From a virus (taxonomy: Duplodnaviria; Caudoviricetes), in IMG/VR virus record IMGVR_UViG_3300020045_003443, positions 1 through 37,198 of that record: a stretch of 37,198 bases of DNA, one strand, 5' to 3'. The translations under genes were made by a program, and so were the position numbers. Positions 35,816 to 37,198 of the stretch are shown here, piece after piece. Within the stretch, counting starts at the first letter, position 1; every line of letters starts with the position of its first letter. The notes beneath the pieces were generated by a model. That model searched no databases and was not told the origin of the DNA. It worked only from the letters and a program-made list of their open reading frames with translations.

Positions 35816-36645
35816 GGTAAATCAATTTTATTTTGTTTTCCTTCTTTTAACTTTTCTTTCTTTTCATCAACAGCTTCAATAACTTCAACATGATCAACGT
35901 ACTCAATTTCATTAGCTTTATCATCTTTAATAATTGCCTGGTCAACTAAAACCGCCTTTTGCATTTCAACTGATAAAGGGGCAAATTTTGATAGTAATAG
36001 CTTTAAAACTGTTTTAGTAGCCATGCTATCAAAATCATCTTTCCATAAGCCAAGGCCTTTTTTATAAGTTTGTGAGTATTTTTTACCGTGCTTTTCAACT
36101 TCTTCAATTGGCATGTACATTGTTTTTTCAAAGCCATTGATTAAAGAAAAATAACCAGCGTACCCAATAACTTTTTCAGATGTTTTTTTTGTGAAGTCAA
36201 AAATAAATCCAGTTAATGGGTTCATTTCAATTAATTGACCTTCATAAATTGCCGTTGCTGAAATGGTTTTGAATTGCCCTGAGCGTTGAGCCAATTGAAC
36301 AAACCCTTTATAACCCATTTGAAACTGAGCAACTGTTTTTTCTACCCATTGACCATTTGATTCATTCTGAAACTTTGTTTTGTAAGGAACGATATAAGCA
36401 AAACCTAAGTTGTTGTTTAACGGTAAATCCAAAGTAGCTGCTAATGCTGCTGAATTGTAAATACTTACTGGGTCTGCTTTTGCTAGTAAGTCGTTTGATG
36501 CTGCAATTTGCAATACAGAAGTAATGAATTGTGGCGCTCGTTTACCTAGCATTTCTTCAAACTTTTGGCGAACATCTGCTCTAGCGAAAAAGTCTTTTGT
36601 TGTTAACGGTTTTTTATCCGTTGTTGTTGTTAATTGATTTTCCAT
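35812..36645 (-). CDS. recT: RecT-family ssDNA annealing protein
   Basis: LGFAYIVPY; AQFQMGYKGFVQLAQRSG; MATKTVLKLLL. Confidence 0.93.
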   Translation of the reverse strand: MENQLTTTTDKKPLTTKDFFARADVRQKFEEMLGKRAPQFITSVLQIAASNDLLAKADPVSIYNSAALAATLDLPLNNNLGFAYIVPYKTKFQNESNGQWVEKTVAQFQMGYKGFVQLAQRSGQFKTISATAIYEGQLIEMNPLTGFIFDFTKKTSEKVIGYAGYFSLINGFEKTMYMPIEEVEKHGKKYSQTYKKGLGLWKDDFDSMATKTVLKLLLSKFAPLSVEMQKAVLVDQAIIKDDKANEIEYVDHVEVIEAVDEKKEKLKEGKQNKIDLP

Positions 36646-36710
36646 TTTGCGATTTTTAATTATTATTACTATTTTTGTTTTGCCTTATTGGCATTCATTT
36701 TGCGATGAAT

Positions 36711-36738
36711 AAAAAGGCTCGATTTATTCGGGCTTTTT
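36711..36738. terminator. Hairpin with A/U tracts on both sides (possible bidirectional terminator)
   Basis: AAAAAGGCTCGA-TTTAT-TCGGGCTTTTT. Confidence 0.55.
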
Positions 36739-36742
36739 GTTT

Positions 36743-37108
36743 TTAATGAATTAATTGTTGACAAATCCTTTTTTGTTCATCTACTATCGACCTTCTTTGA
36801 TAATCGTTTAATAGCGAGTATTCCTCTGAATTAATAAGGTTGTTTAGTTCCTTGTAATACTTTACTGTTTGGAATAAATCGAACTGACCGTTTTGATTGG
36901 CATAGGTAAATGCTACATGTCTTTTCCAATACTCGTAATGCGATTTTATTAACTCAAACTTTTCGATGCTTATTTTAACTCTACCAGTTAAAAGGCTTTT
37001 TAAAACAAAGTGGCTCGCATAATCCATTTCCTTTGCTATGTAGTTATAAGCACCAAAAGGAATAGTAGCTGCTAATTGTGTTAATGCTGATTTTGATACG
37101 TTGCTCAT
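36743..37108 (-). CDS. Hypothetical protein, possible N-terminal HTH
   Basis: PFGAYNYIAKEM...LKSLLTGR. Confidence 0.55.
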   Translation of the reverse strand: MSNVSKSALTQLAATIPFGAYNYIAKEMDYASHFVLKSLLTGRVKISIEKFELIKSHYEYWKRHVAFTYANQNGQFDLFQTVKYYKELNNLINSEEYSLLNDYQRRSIVDEQKRICQQLIH

Positions 37109-37198
37109 ACGCTGTTATTTCTAGTGTTACTGGCATTAAAAGCCCTAATGATTAATTTTAAATTTTTCTTATCCTTTTCAAGTTGCTCAATCTTTGCA
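37078..37198. repeat. Terminal direct repeat (copy 2)
   Basis: Identical to 1-121. Confidence 0.95.

Noticed and set aside
37078-37198. 121-bp terminal repeat as a biological DTR or att site
   Set aside because: It falls inside coding sequence and has a k-mer-like length; most likely an assembler overlap.

Overview
This window is a complete, circularly assembled genome of about 37.08 kb: bases 1-121 are identical to 37078-37198. It belongs to an AT-rich, long-tailed dsDNA phage. Bacteroidota (Flavobacteria-like) host cues are TAnnTTTG -7 promoters, A-rich start regions without Shine-Dalgarno sequences, signal peptides cleaved before Gln, and a DUF5675 lysin. The plus strand carries terminase, an HK97-type head, the tail and the lysis genes; the portal is inverted onto the minus strand with its own promoter. 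The minus strand carries the early and replication arm: an RHH-like regulator, a cassette of tRNA-like RNAs, about 10 tiny ORFs, RecT, a RecB-like nuclease fused to an FtsK motor, a DEDDh exonuclease, and an O-like initiator with internal iterons. I could not recognise an integrase, CI repressor, polymerase, helicase or SSB. The most unusual signals are: (1) membrane or secretion signals in core virion proteins (capsid leader, a Sec-signal head protein, a tail hub with TM helices); (2) the RecT / nuclease-FtsK / exonuclease module; (3) non-canonical tRNA-like RNAs, including a 45-nt anticodon-less CCA-ended mimic; (4) a shared ~38-bp late promoter and the inverted portal. All family assignments come from motif recognition by eye, not from database searches.
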